From Eledone cirrhosa (lineage: Eukaryota), in NCBI GenBank assembly GCA_964016885.1, contig OZ024742.1, forward strand, positions 264,058,001-264,122,000: DNA of 64,000 nt. The letters run 5' to 3'. The translations under genes were made by a program, and so were the position numbers. Under the pieces are notes generated by a model, which saw only the letters and a program-made list of their open reading frames with translations, did no database searches and was not told the DNA's origin. This document shows positions 41,261 to 55,759 of the stretch, in pieces; positions within the stretch are counted from its first letter, which is position 1; each line of letters begins with the position of its first letter.

Positions 41261-41819
41261 TCCCTCATGCATGAATACAATAAAATCTAAATCAGAAAAT
41301 GTGTTTACAAACGTGAACATAGAAAATTGTTATTGTTAAAATCACACACCAAAATACGATTATTTATTTGACAATATGTAATACAAGCCTGCACGTGATT
41401 GATTTAAAATAAATCAATTTCCTTTTCATATTGTTAGAAATAAGTAGATATAATTTAAATAATTGACGTACCATTGAGGCCGGGTGTTGATTGTAATACA
41501 TCTAAATGGAAATTATTTGTGTACATTTGTTGAATTGATCGATGTGTTCAGTTTAATATTTATGATTCAATTGTTGAAAGAATTTTCATGTCAGTAAAAT
41601 ATTTCAATATTTGTACAGGTTCGAAATGTTATCCCCTCTAACTGCTTTTCTGCGTAAACGCATGGAATGGAATGAACCTTCGTCGGTTTTGACGATGAGT
41701 GTTTCAGTTATTCGAACATCCAGCTCATGAAATTAACGTGTAAGTGGCTAAGCAATCCATAGACTCTTGTATCCTAGAAGTAATTCTCAAGGAGATTAAC
41801 CCTTGGAGTTATAGATGCA

Positions 41820-41975
41820 GTTCATACGACGGGCTTCGAAAGAGTTTCCGTTTCCTCATTTTCCATGAAAAGGTATGGGCCAACCTGAAGTTATGGTAAT
41901 GACATTTGCCCAAGATGCCACACAGTTGTATCGAACATTGTGAAGCAAATTTCTTAACCATTTGGCCATGCTGTT
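41820..41975 (-). mobile_element. Diverged copy of a second SINE family
   Basis: gtggcatcttgggcaaatgtc..ggaaact..gaagcccgtcgtat pattern, recognised from memory of octopus SINEs. Confidence 0.45.
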
Positions 41976-42049
41976 TCCACACATGGACACACGACAATTA
42001 TATTTAAATAGTCTCATTTTACTCATTTTATTATGCAAATGTCCAAGAA

Positions 42050-42900
42050 TACAAATGAGTTTATTTCATTTCAATGATATTATCTAAACACTACGAAAAT
42101 TAGGGCTCGTAAACATATAAAATTAAAGGTAGCACTTCACTTTAGACAGTTTGAAAAGTCTTGATCTGTTACTTCAACCACATTTTTGAACTTGTCTTAT
42201 TTAAAAATAGAAACAGGGTTAGATTGCTTGTGTTTTAAGTTAGAAAATAATACAACTTTGTTTTTGAAAGTGATTACAAAACATCAACTAGGCTAGATTC
42301 TTATGTTTTACCTTACAAAGTTGTCACGCGTGTTAAAATGGTTAAATCTAATTCCTCTCCTACTTTCATTCGTACTAGTTGATAATATGTATTGATTCAT
42401 ACATTTGCAATGGAAAATATTTGCACACTGAAAATATTTCTATGTAGTTCCTTCATTATGTAATTAGATACTGTTTCAATCCATCTAGTTACAGTATTTT
42501 TTGATAACTGAAACACAATTATGGCATTTATTATGCTTTGTTTGTAAAATTTGCAAATAGCGAGTCATCAGTCTCTGCAAAGGTTTCCTACGTGATTTCA
42601 GCATCTTTGAATGATGCGATAGTAACAGCTAAATATTTACAAATAAACGGTTTGAAAAAGGATTGTTGCTTTTCCAAACTTGAAATTAATTATGTTGCTT
42701 TCTTTTTCCAATTTCCAAATTTGGAAGAAACTGTTGCGGATATTTTATGAACTATATTAAAATCCTTTTCTACATTATCTCGCTTCGCTTTGTGTGGCAA
42801 ATTAAACGCGTGCATCTTTCTTTAATCGATGCAAAAAAAATTGTCCTTTTCATTCTTTGTTGTAATGGTGTGGATTTTTTCTCTTAGGTTCTTTGCAATC
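42050..42900 (-). mobile_element. Second hAT transposase remnant, inverted relative to 40050-40800
   Basis: QLSKNTVTRWIETVSNYIMKELHRNIF; nucleotide match to 40290-40465. Confidence 0.7.
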
Positions 42901-43799
42901 TATCATGAACGCTTTATTCTGAAAGAAAAATAAAGATTTTTGGTGCGGGTATTAAAATATTTCCAATGTGGATTTGAGCTTCTTATGGTAAATCATTCAA
43001 TTAATTTTGTTTTCCTGCTGAATAAAAAGATACACAAAATACTGAAAGTTCATGTGTGCGTTTTAATACAAGTTCCCTGGAAAATACAAGAAGTGATTAT
43101 CTTCATCGTTACATTAAACAATTCATTTTTTAAATGAAATTATTTTAATTATTCTTTATCTGAAATAAACCAATTTCCCTGATTTAATCAAAGTTTATGA
43201 TTAAATGTTTGAAATAAATATATAAAAAGGGCATATATAAAAAGGCTTTGGCGGTTTGATTCAGCCACCATTGCTATACTATATAATCTAATAATCTAGA
43301 GTTTTAAATAGTTTTCTGCTGTTTCATGCCACTGTCCTCGGAAACTTGACTTTAGTTGCAAGAGTCACAGCTATATGCTAAATATTATATGAAAACAAAA
43401 ATAAAAGTTGTTCAAGCCCAACTGTATAGAAATACAAATAATTTATTACCTATTTTTTTTTTTTCCACACTACATTTTTCTGTGGGTGATTCTTTTTCGG
43501 CTTGTGGAGAATATGTAGTCCACCGGCGTAATAGTTTCTAATTTAGACACAAAACTAATAATTTTGGGTGAAGGGAAAGTTAACTAAATTGACTCCTTTC
43601 ACTTGACTGGTACCTTATTCTACCAATCCCCAAAGAATGGAAGGAAAAACTGACCGTGGTGGGATTCGAACTCAGAATGTAGAAAGCGGGAACAAATACC
43701 ACAAAGCTTATTTTTCCGACACTGTAACGACTCTGCCAATCCACAACTGCATTGCCCAAATGCCAAAACATATAACGAACACAGCGGCATAATTCCGAT

Positions 43800-44560
43800 G
43801 ATGTCACCTCAGGTTCTGGTTTTTGTTATTACCTTTTTTAATGTTTACTGTTGATATTTTTCTACTTTCTTTTTCCTCTTCTAAGATGAACGCTCAGAGG
43901 TAACTGTTGCTACCACACATGTAGCATATAGATTTCTGCTCTGCCACATGTCAATTTCATCACCCATGTTTCTGATCGGGACTCTCGCATTTTCCCTCCT
44001 TATATATTCCGATACCAACCTGTCTGTGTGTATCGCACACGCACAAACTATCCCCGAGCATCCTCTGTTTTCAGCACTCAGGTTATAATAATTTCTAATC
44101 TCGTCTCAAGATCTGCAATTTGTTTAAAAGAGAAATTCGATTGTATCTATCCCATTATTTGACTTGTACTTTATTTTATCGATTCCGGAAAGATGAAAAG
44201 CAAAATTTGACCTCGGAGAGATTTAAAATCAGAATGTAAGGAACAGAAGGAGATGCCGCAAAGCATTTTATCCGACGCTCCAACAGCTCTGCCAACCCAT
44301 CGCCATCAACACTAGGCTCATAATATCGACATTCTCTCCCCATCCTACATTTTAGATCGTCTGCCACCAGATAAAGCTTTTTCAGCGTTTGGGTGTCATG
44401 TGTAAAGCTTTGTTTTTCAGGGAGAAGCAGTTGTACATCTCTACTCTCGAGAAAAGATGCATAGATTTTTCCTTATGTAGCTCGATCATTGTTTTTTTCT
44501 TTTTATGGATCTTTGTCAAATCCAATTTCTCCCTCTTTTTAGATCAACTGACAACTGTTG
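43800..44560 (-). mobile_element. Decayed Tx1 ORF1 remnant interrupted by a SINE
   Basis: Knuckle remnant CYMCGSNSYL at ~43900-43925. Confidence 0.4.
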
Positions 44561-44715
44561 TTGTTGTTGCTGTTTTGAGTGATTTTAATGTCGGCTACCT
44601 TACCCACACAGGTAATATTATTGATATTTTCATTGTCCTATTTTTCAAATTGAATTACTTCTAAATTTCGTGTGAGTTGCACACTATACACATATACACT
44701 CCCCACTCTCTAAGT

Positions 44716-44746
<31 letters not shown>

Positions 44747-44749
44747 CAC

Positions 44750-44844
<95 letters not shown>

Positions 44845-45894
44845 GAGACACACTCATATATATATATATATGAGTGTTTCTGCGCGTGTGTGTGTTTGTA
44901 TGTGTGTGCGTGATAAAACAAACATTATGCCACAAATTATGAATCTATAAACGTAGACTTCTAAAAATGTAAAAAAATGTAAACATTTTAATTAAAATAT
45001 TTGTTTAAAATGGAAAGGGTTCACCGAAAGAGCGTAAAATGAATTAAAATGACCTCGGGTGGAATAAAGTAGATTGAATAGAATTGAAATTGTAAACAGA
45101 CAGAAAATGAAAAAGCATGTTTCAGAGAATTCTGCTGTGAGTATATTCTGTCGTTGGAATTCTGTTTTTATTAGCGCTTCTTGTTGTTTAGTTGAAACAA
45201 GAACCAAGAGTGTTCTAACATTCCTACAGAAGTTTTTCCAGATACGTTTTATGATTACATATTCCTATTGTTGTATACACCAACTAAAATATGTGAAAGT
45301 TAGTTACATTATTAAATCCTTCCAAATCTTTGATTATTTTCAAAATGTGAAAAATACAAACCTTTGCTTTGTAAAACATGTCAATAGCATATCTTGTAAA
45401 TGAAACAACGACCATTATTCTTCAAAAGGTGATTTTATAACTATTTGAAACATAGGAGCAACGACTACATCCATCACTACCACAATGATACATGCCTATG
45501 ATTTTTACTTTTCTCCTTCCTGCTTTATGTTGTTTTCAATTTTGCTTTAGCCGAAATTAAACAGGCAATTCTTGATGCATATTTTCTAGCTTCTTCTTCG
45601 GCAACTGGGTGAATTGTGCCGTACCTCAATAGGACAGCCTAGACAAAAGAAACTACATCACTATATGAAGACAATCAATAATTCATCTTGTAAATATTTG
45701 CAAAACATTCCATGCAAATATGAATACATGCAGAATGCGTGAGAGAGGTTGATTTACAGTATTTTTCGAGTGTTTTGTTTACGGGTTAGACCAATCAATG
45801 TTTATATTTGCAAACACATATACATTTATGCATACATACATACGTACGTACGTACCTACCTACCTACATACGACCTACCTACCTACATACATAC

Positions 45895-48221
45895 ATGATG
45901 GATGCCCCCTCGTTATCGAGTATGGCTATTGCACAATATAACATTATTAATAATTATTAATTAATTCTATCGTGCAATGCCTGTGCGTGAAGATTTCTTT
46001 TAAAGTGAGGAAAGACTGTGCACTGAACCAATCTCACTCTCTGAGCGACAGTAGCTATAACCCGAAAAGAAGAAAAGATCAACATCACCGGTTACTATGA
46101 GCCGCAGGTTTTATGTCGGTGTTATCCCAGTTTCCTGAGTTGCCTTCTCCTAGAAGAATGCCCTGACAAAGGCTAGGGGTCCTTCACTCCTATTCACATA
46201 TGTATATACATATTTAGTCTTGTTTTTTGTCCTGCAGGATGTTCAAAATCACCCTCCTCACAAAGTAAACTTGGTGGGGTTGCCGGTTTTGTCGCCGACG
46301 ACCCGACCATGCGATAGGTTGTACTGGGTTAAATGTTACCAGTAGCACTCAAGAGTGACCCGACATACATACATACATGGTGGCTGCCAACTCGTTTTCG
46401 AGTACGACCACTACTTTATATCCATGTAGAAGAACCTCTACCGATGCGATGAACGAGTGTGACTTTTTAGTCCAGCCAGCGACTTGAACAAACTCTGGTA
46501 CAAACACTACACTTGTGACAATTATTGACACATAGTGCTGAGCCCAAGGTACCATGTGATGACAAGTGCAGAGAGATCTCCAGATACAAAGCAATGCCTG
46601 TGCCGTGAAGCTTTTAGAGTGAGCAAAGGCACTGCACAAAGCCAGTCCCACTCTCTTAACCAAGATGATATTTACCAAAAGAAAGAACAAGTCAACATCA
46701 TTGGATACCATCAGGGTTGCAGGTGTTATATCAGAGTTTTCCTTCTCCTAGAATTCTTCCTTGACAAAGGCTAAGGGGGTCATCTCTCCCGGTGATGTTG
46801 GATGGCCATTGACTCTTAAGAGCTCCTTTGCCCTTTGACAGGTTTTGTTTTTAGTCCTGGAGGATGTCCAAAGTCACCCTCCTCACCAAGAAACCTAGGT
46901 GGGGTTGCCACTTTAGTCGCCAACGACCCGACCATGGGTCAAGTTGTACTGGGATACATGTTACCAGTAGCACCAACTGGTGATCTGACATATATATATA
47001 CATATATATATACATACATATATACATACATGCATACACATACATACATACATATATATACATACATACACACATACATATACACACATACATACATAAA
47101 TACATACATATATATACATACATACACCCATACACACATAGACATACATACATATATACATATATACACATACATACACATATACATATATGCATATACA
47201 TACATACATATATACATATACATACATATATATATATATACATATACACATATACATACATATACATATATACACACATACATACATACATATACCCATA
47301 TATACATACATACACATACATACATATACAGACATATATATACATATATACATATACATATATACATACATACACATATACATATACATACATATACACA
47401 TATACATATATACACATATATACATATACATATATATATACATATACATACACACATATACATACATACATATACATACATATATATATATATATATACA
47501 TACACACATATACATACATATACATATACATATACATACATACACACATATATATACATACACATACATACATACATATATACATATATATACATACATA
47601 TATATATATATATGGTGGCTGCCAACTCGTTTTCGAGTACGGCCATTACTTTATATCCATGTAGGAGAACCCCTACCGATGCGCTGAACGAGTGTGACTT
47701 TTCAGTCCAGCCAGCGACTTGAAAACTCTGGTACAAACACTACACTTGTGACAATTATTGACACATAGTGCTGGGCCCATGGTACCATGTGACGACAAGT
47801 GCAGAGAGATCTCCAGATACAAAGCAATGCCTGTGCCGTGAAGCTTTTATAGTGAGCAAAGGCACTGCACAAAGCCAGTCCCACTCTCTTAACCAAGATG
47901 ATATTTACCAAAAAGAAGAACAAGTCAACATCATTGGATACCATCAGGGTTGCAGGTGTTATATCAGAGTTTTCCTGCTCCTAGAATTTTGCCTTGACAA
48001 AGGCTAAGGGGTCATCTTTCCCGGTGATTTTGGATGGCCATTGACTCTTAAAAGCTCTTTGCCCTTTGACAGGTTTTGTTTTTAGTCCTGCAGGATGTCC
48101 AAAGTCACCCTCCTCACCAAAAGACCTAGGTGGGGTTGCCAGTTTAGTCGCCAACGACCCGACCATGAGACAGGTTGTACTGGGATACATGTTACCAGTA
48201 GCACCAACTGGTGACCTGGCA
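45895..48221 (-). mobile_element. Three tandem non-autonomous RTE-derived units (45895-46365 diverged, 46377-46990, 47592-48221) with (ATGT)n tails
   Basis: Two ~620-bp near-identical copies plus an older one. They carry ctaggagaaggaaaactctga, typical of RTE 5' UTRs, and have no RT. Separated by (TA/CA/CATA)n. Confidence 0.7.
46990..47591. repeat. Complex (TA/CA)n compound microsatellite
   Basis: Directly visible. Confidence 0.95.
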
Positions 48222-48559
48222 TAAACATACATACATACATATATACATACATACATAGACAGACAGTCAACGAAATCAGTCGCACATTTTGGCGTGGGAG
48301 ACTATTCATTAAATTTTAAATAAATATTATCTCCGACAGTAATGCCACAGCTACCAGTTGTGTTGAATAACGATATTCTTCTAACTATATCCACTGAAGA
48401 CACCTTTTATTCGAATTCGTAGAGATATCCGACTAAATACATAATTCATTTTACAAGGATTTGCTTCAAACAGCATGGCTGGACAGAACATCAACAACAA
48501 CAATTTACCGAACACGAGGAACGAAAACAATTTACCAAAGAAAATCAATGAGAAATGTA

Positions 48560-51500
48560 AATAAAATTTATTCAGTTGTAGCTACAGAAGAAACCGAAAC
48601 TATAAATCGCATTTCTCTTGGAGTTACGAACTTAATGAGGATTTATTTAATTGTTATAAAATGGCAAAAAAAAAAAAAAAAAAAAAATCCCTCCGTTGGC
48701 TATATGAACAGAATGAACGAAATACATCCAGATCTAAATAACTTCACAGACAAACAATTACGCCAATAAGCGACGTTTGTTGAACGTAAAATTAAATAAA
48801 TATTATTAATTGTAAGTCCCTAGAACAAACATGTAATCAACACCCACCACGTGCTACAGGTCGCCATGCTACTAGGCCTCCTAGCAGCCAGGTCGAACAG
48901 TCCCTTCAAACAAATATGCCGGGATGAAATTTGACACCACGTGTATCATCTGAGTGTGGCTAGACTGTTGTGGAAAACACTATTGATAATGATAATCAAA
49001 AATATAAACAATTGAAATTTTCCCTTAACGAAATATTCCGGAGAGAAATTAATTCATGTATAAACATTTCTCTTGCTGAACGTAATAAAACAACAATACT
49101 AAATAAAATAAAACTAAATAATGAAATCTTACATGCTGTTGACGAAATAGGAGATGAATATTTACGGTGAATTAAAACCCCCACATTTTGGCAAAGCAAC
49201 GCCTGTTTATATGCTCTAGCAACGACAGTAAAGAATTATCTTGGTGATAGAAGAGATATTAACAAGAACATAACACAACTAAAAATAACAGCATACGTAA
49301 CTAAAATAGAAAAAAAGATTGCTGACCTACGAAAAACTATAGGATATGTGACAATGCTCCTTACATGCAAACAAAAACAAAAAACTTCACTCCTCACCAA
49401 CAAAAAGTGAAAAATAAAATAGAAACGATGTTTGGAGGCAGTACAACCTGAACTTTTCAATACAAGCTGATCACCAACAAACAAGAAATGAGAGCTGTCA
49501 GCGAGAAACTTCGATACCTGAAGAGGGTAGATGAAAGAAAATGATTTAATAAAAGATTCAGACGAAACCAAACATCAGTCTATAGAGATATGAAGAGCAA
49601 AGTAATAAATGTCACTGAGGCCCCATCCCAGAAAGACTTTCCTTCTGGACAAAACTATAGGGTGAAAAGAAAAAATTTAACCAAGATACAGTGTGGCTAA
49701 AAGAAATCCAAAAGAACTATTGCTCCTACACTACAACAAAAACATACGAAATAAATGAGGATACCCTTGAGACTGTGATAGAAAAACTCCAAGATAAGAA
49801 CACAGCAAAAAGAGACTTGATTGACGGCTACTGGTACAAAAAACTGATATTCTACCGGATGTATCTTATCAATATCTACCAACAAGCTCTCAAGGGAGAT
49901 ACACATATACCAGAATGTTTGACATTAGCAGAAACAACACTAGTATCCAAGAACAAAGACACCCACTTGGCAAAAATCTAATGAGCCATTGCAAGCCAGA
50001 ACCTGATGTATAAGATGTATACAGCCTGCCTGAACCTATTTCTCCGAGATCACTGTGAAAATAATGTCATCATCATAGATGAATAAGTAGCTGGAACAAA
50101 AGGGGTTTGGGGATGTGCTGAACAACTCCTAATTAACAAAACTGCGATGTCGGAGGTGCAACAACCTAGGAGGAGTATGGTTACAGTCTGGCTGGACTAC
50201 AGGAAAGCTTTCAATTCTGTTCCCCACTCTTGGAAAATAGAGGCCCTCCGACTTGCTAAAGTCCCAGACATTATTATCAGAGCCATAGAGAAGTTGTCTT
50301 TTTCTTGGGTTACTATCCTAAAGTTAAAAACACAGAAGGAGGAATCTATTTTGACTGATAAAATAGAATATTAGAGGGGTGTATTTCAAGGAGAGGGTCT
50401 CTTTGTGCTACTATTTATCCAGTCATTAAACCCCTTGTCCTTTCTGCTGAAGAAATATGAAGGATTGGCTCACAGAAGGACATAAATTCGAACTGAACCC
50501 ATAATTTCTTTGTGGATGACCTGAAACTCTATTTCAAGAACATAAATGCGGTGAAGAAAAATCTTGATCTGGTTATAACATTCTCAAAGGATATAGGAAT
50601 GGGGTTTGGCCAAGATAAATGTTCATATATGACTGTTAAGCGGGGTAAAGTTACAACCCAATCTAACAACATTTTTATCAATGGCCTAACGGTTTCACCG
50701 ATATCTGACGAGGACTGCTACAAATACCTGTGGATATATGAGAATATATCCTATAATGGTATTTGTAATAAGGAACGTATAACCAGGGAATATTACACCC
50801 AATTAAGAAAGATATGGTTATCAGAACTCTCTGCGCACAATAAAACAATGGTTCACAATGTGTTTGCTGAGCTGTCCTAACACCAACGTTTGAAATACTC
50901 GATTGCATGATAGACGAAATCCAAGTAATTGACGTTAACACTTGAGAAATCCTAACAATAACGGGACCTTCCACATCAACAGTGACATTGACTGCCTCTA
51001 CTTGAAACGTAAGCAGGGAGGTAGAGGGCTAACATCAGTTCAGACAGTATTTGAAATTCGCATCATATCTATCCGACAACATTTACGAACCTCCAAACGT
51101 AGGAGCCCATCTACCCAGCAAGTCTGTCTGCATGAGACAGATAAGATCATGATAGTTGGGAAGGAGCTCCTTGAAAGATACTCCCTGCATGATAATCAAA
51201 AGCTCACACCCAGGGAAATTTTCCAGCAATACCACAGCGAACCCATGGATGAAAAACTTCATGTTTATCAGCAAAGTATCATGCATGGATATGTTGCCAA
51301 GAAGCTCCAGAGTGAGAGTAATATAGATAAGCAAAGTAGTCTATCTTGGACCTACAACCGCTATATTGGCTTCCACTTTCAAAGATATGCTTTTGCAATC
51401 AAACAACAGGAAATCAACACAAAATACCTGATTCAAAATGAGATAGGAATGCAGGCAAAACACCTAGACGTGACAACAAATGCAGACTCTACAAAATTAA

Positions 51501-52300
51501 CATCGAAGGTGTCTCCCATGTCATAAGCAATTGTCCAAAGATGTCATCATGGTACTATTAACCTATGAGGCATGATGTAGAGACCAAAACACTGTACAAT
51601 GCAATCCGTAGGAAAGATAGGCCCGACAATAAACACATTAAAAATTACAGCAATGTGGAAGACATATACATACATAATATGAAAGAGTAGTGGTGGAATA
51701 TTCCAGTCAAATCCCCAATACAATGCAAACATAACAGACCAGATATAATGATATGGAACAGGAAAAAGAAGGCATGCACAGTAGTGGAATTTAGCTGCCC
51801 AGCAAATGCCAATAAAATATTAAAGATTAGCGAAAAGGAGAATATCTATGCAGAACTAATGAGAAATCTGCAGATACTCCACCCTGACTATATCTTCAGA
51901 TTTATAACTGTGATTATTGGGGCACTGGGATATTTTAGTAACTGCCTCAGTACAAATCTTGAAAAACTGGGCTTCACAGGAACAGAAAGAACACAACTAG
52001 TTAGGAAATTACAAGTACAATCCATTAATGGAACAGTAAAATATGTAAAACATTCCAAATATTCTGCATCTAATAGCTTCATATACACATGTACAGATAC
52101 AAAGCATATGCACATGTACACATAAAACTCAAAACATACACATCCACACATACAATAACATCCATACCTGCACACACATGCGTGCATGCAGACATGCAGA
52201 CATATCTACCTAGTTGATGTAGTGTAAATTCAAATGAGAGAGTCTTGTATCTATGTTAGAAACCGACTCTCTCTCTATTGGTAAGAATTTATGAAATTAT
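48560..52300 (+). mobile_element. Decayed R4/Dong-like RLE LINE
   Basis: WLDYRKAFNSVPHSW, VDDLKLY, YKYL, GGRGL, RHD, RPDIMIW..VVEFSCP, IIGALG. Many stops. Confidence 0.85.
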
Positions 52301-52599
52301 AAAACCAGAATATACATACATATATACATGCATGAATAAATAGATATAAATATAAAACCTAGACACAAACAAGAAAACACATCTAATCGTAAACGCGGAC
52401 GTACAATCATACATACGAACACAATATATGGGCGCATTCACAAAACATATATATAACATGAAACACATCCACACAAAACATGCACTAGCTAATGAGTAGG
52501 ACAGACGTTTGTCCATTGAGCGAAACAAAATGCATGGTTGTGCCTGTCTACGTTTTAGCTGGAAACTGGCGTGGTAAGATTACCCTTCACCTATAACCT

Positions 52600-54300
52600 T
52601 GTACAGAACATGAGTTAATGTAACACAACGGTAAGAGTCAGAAACATTGTCAGTGACATGAGACATTGACACTGTGCTGCCTTTGTTGTGCAATGTGGGT
52701 GGTTGTTAAGCTCTGAAGTGACAAGAAACCACATTTGATCAGGGACCATCAGTATGGAATTGAAAGTACTTATGAAGCCGCAAAAAACTACAGGGTCTAT
52801 CAGGATATGTGTTCTATCGTGGGCGCAACTAGGGAAAATATCAATGGCAGCAGAAAGTACAGCTGTTATACTTGCGTCAACAAAAGTCACGAATGATTTC
52901 TGTCAACAGAAGCAGCTGTTCTCAGGGCACCACCGCTTCAAGCTCCAGAATTGCTGGGGGAAATCACTCCATTTTCAGTATCAGACGCTCACCAGAAAAC
53001 TAATTATACGCTGAAAAAAGAAACGCTATTTAGGATTTTAACATCTAGGGCCGGATTCCATCTTCCCCAGTGGCCTTGTCACATTTGATCTCTTTTACTG
53101 CTTTAGTGATTTCAGCCTCTGAGAGATTAGTCACCGCTCCAAGATGCACCTCGTTTACATCAGAAGTTGCTGTAGTGATCAGGTTTAAGAGATCAACAAA
53201 CTATTCTCTCCACCTCACGAGGATGCACCTCTCTGCAAAGAGGAGAATCCCAGAAGCGTTCTTGATAGTATGTGTGAAGGAGGGCTTCTTATTACGATGT
53301 CGGCGGATGGTCTGTCAGAACAATTTATTTGCTGATCTGAATTCGGATTCTAGCTTAACCCCAAAGTCCTCCCATGTCTTAACTTTGGGCACCTTTACTA
53401 TCCCTGTTGCGAATCTTCGTACCGCCTGCTTTACAGCAAGTGCAAGAAGGAGAACTTATTTCCAAGCCAAGCTTTGAAAGCTTCTTCTTTGCTCAGATAG
53501 CAACTTTGACCCCTTGATTGAACCGAAAGGTTCTCCTGCCATCTGGAACAACACCAAGCCTCTTTCACCCGCAGCATTTAACAGCTGAAGCAGAAACTGA
53601 TGAACTGAACAATCTCCACTCTGTCTCATCGTCCTCAGTTTGCTAAGAGAGTTCTATTAGTTTGGATGCAATATTATTTGCATACCGCGTCCTGGCTTCC
53701 TTACCCACCAATGCTACCCACTTTATCCTGTAAATCGCCCTGGATCTGCCAGTTTTGTGAGCTTCTTTGGCTTTAGGTAGTCTTAAGTTCCAGATAAATA
53801 GATAGTGATCAGTTGACAGCTCAGCCCTCTCTTAAACACGAACATCCAGCACAGACTCAAAGAGATCAGCGACAATAACAAAATCAATTAATGACTTCTG
53901 TCACTGATTCCCCTTATACCCTGTCAATTTGTTTACGTCTCTGTGCTAGAGTCAATTGCTCGAACAGAAGTATAGTAAGGCCTCTCCATTTGTATTTAGA
54001 TTGGGGCCGCCATTCCTTCCAAGCACTCCTTTCCATGTTAGGTGGTCAGTGCCAACATGTTCATTGAAGTATCCCATCAGGATATATGGCTCAATCTTAA
54101 CTACATCTAACGCTGCATTGACTTCAGCAAGGAAGGATCTGTATTCAGACTCTTGCTGCTACTTAAACTTACACCACGAACAGAGACCTATCTTTCAGCT
54201 TAAGCTGCAAGAGACAAATCCTCGCAGGCCCAATGCCAGTTTTTGCGCCATGAAATGGAGACTGCTATGTATTTTTCGAACAGGCCTCTCTACCTAAGGT
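52600..54300 (-). mobile_element. RTE-clade LINE remnant (APE + start of RT)
   Basis: ILMGYFNEHVGTDHLTWKGVLGRNGGPNLNTNGEALLYFC, SLIDFVIV, GAELSTDH, KATGEDGIRP. Confidence 0.8.
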
Positions 54301-55759
54301 CTGAATGCCTCACTTGTTAACCCGTGCGAAGGACGATGTGGTATAGCTCTCTTTTGTTTTCTTCATAATATTGCAGTTTCAGTTTCAGCTTCAGTTTCAG
54401 TCACCAATCTGCTAGTTTACTGCTGTTGTTCCGAGGCTGCTTATTCATTTGGCAGTTGTCCGCTTATTTCGTAACTAGCCATCACATCTGGTGGCCGTAT
54501 CGCTATCTGCCACCTGCGATCCATTCTCTAGCCGAACAGCTGTGCTGAGGATTGTTTATATCTACTTTTCTAAAATGATAATTTCTAATTTCTATATCGA
54601 TCCCAATGCTTCATTGGTCCTTATTTTATCGACTGTGGAAGGAAGAAAGGCAAAACTGACTTCGGTGGGATTTAGATTCAGAAAGTAAAGACCCGGAACA
54701 GATGCTGTACAACACCAACACATTTTCTGTTACTTCCATAGTTTTTACCATTCTATGTAATAGTACGCATAAATGACCATTTATGGCTAGATGAAAATGT
54801 TAGTATTTTATAAATATATGGGAGAGGAATAAAAGCCATGCAGAGGTCAACTCCCAGTGAATGGGAATGTATCGTTTAAGTTTAAGGGGAAAACATATTG
54901 ATGGTGATCTAATGCTGAACCTACGGCTATTGTATTCTGGATATTGATCCATATTTGTGCGCATTATCAAAGGTGCATTAGTCCATGCAACTACAGGTGT
55001 GAATACAGACTGAATAGAATTGGTGTTTTCCAAGAAAGAACAAAGCCAACTAACCTGCACCCTTCAAATCCAATTGATTAGCAGTACACTGAATATTTGC
55101 AAGACATTCAAAAGATAACAATCATATATAAGAAATTAAGATTCCTTGTCTTACTACCGAGTATCGCTGGTGATGGATTAATGATCCTTAAATGCATGTA
55201 TTCGGCGTTCTCATGTGGTTACTGAAGAAGTTGTGATTTGATTACAGCTTAAAATACAGTGAGACTGTGTATGTTTATTATACATAAATCTATTGTATAT
55301 GCTACTATATACGCCATTGCTCTGAATCACGCTGTGTTAGTGGTACTGCTGATTCCAAATATTCTCCATTCTTGTTTCATGAAATAGATATGTGCACACA
55401 GCTATATGCTTGGGTACGATACACACACACACATACCCCTCCAAACAAACAAACAACAACAACAACAACAACACACACACACACACACACATACACACAC
55501 ACACATATACACACGCACATACACACACGCAGAGACACGCGTACATGCAGACACTCAAGCGCGTGCATTAAGATTAAACACGTACACACATAAACACCTG
55601 CGTATTAGAGAGAGATATATCCGCTTCGAATATGAATACAAGTAGCTGCACATACCCATATGCACACACGTGTTCTCTCATTTATTTAAAATCTCGAGAA
55701 CGTTATTCATTCAAACAAAAAGGTCTTGTCAGATTGTTAGTGAATGTTAGCTAACAGCT

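Noticed and set aside
45520-45640. Possible minus-strand terminal exon (tttcttttgtctag|AVLLRYGTIHPVAEEEARK..*)
   Set aside because: Short, with no recognisable homology and no supported partner exons.
46349-48221. CRISPR-like or LTR reading of the direct repeats
   Set aside because: The units are ~620-bp tailed retro-elements separated by microsatellite, in a eukaryotic context.
54850-55010. Faint hemopexin-like wording (NGNVSFKFKGKTY..SGY)
   Set aside because: Stops, frame changes and similarity too weak to support.
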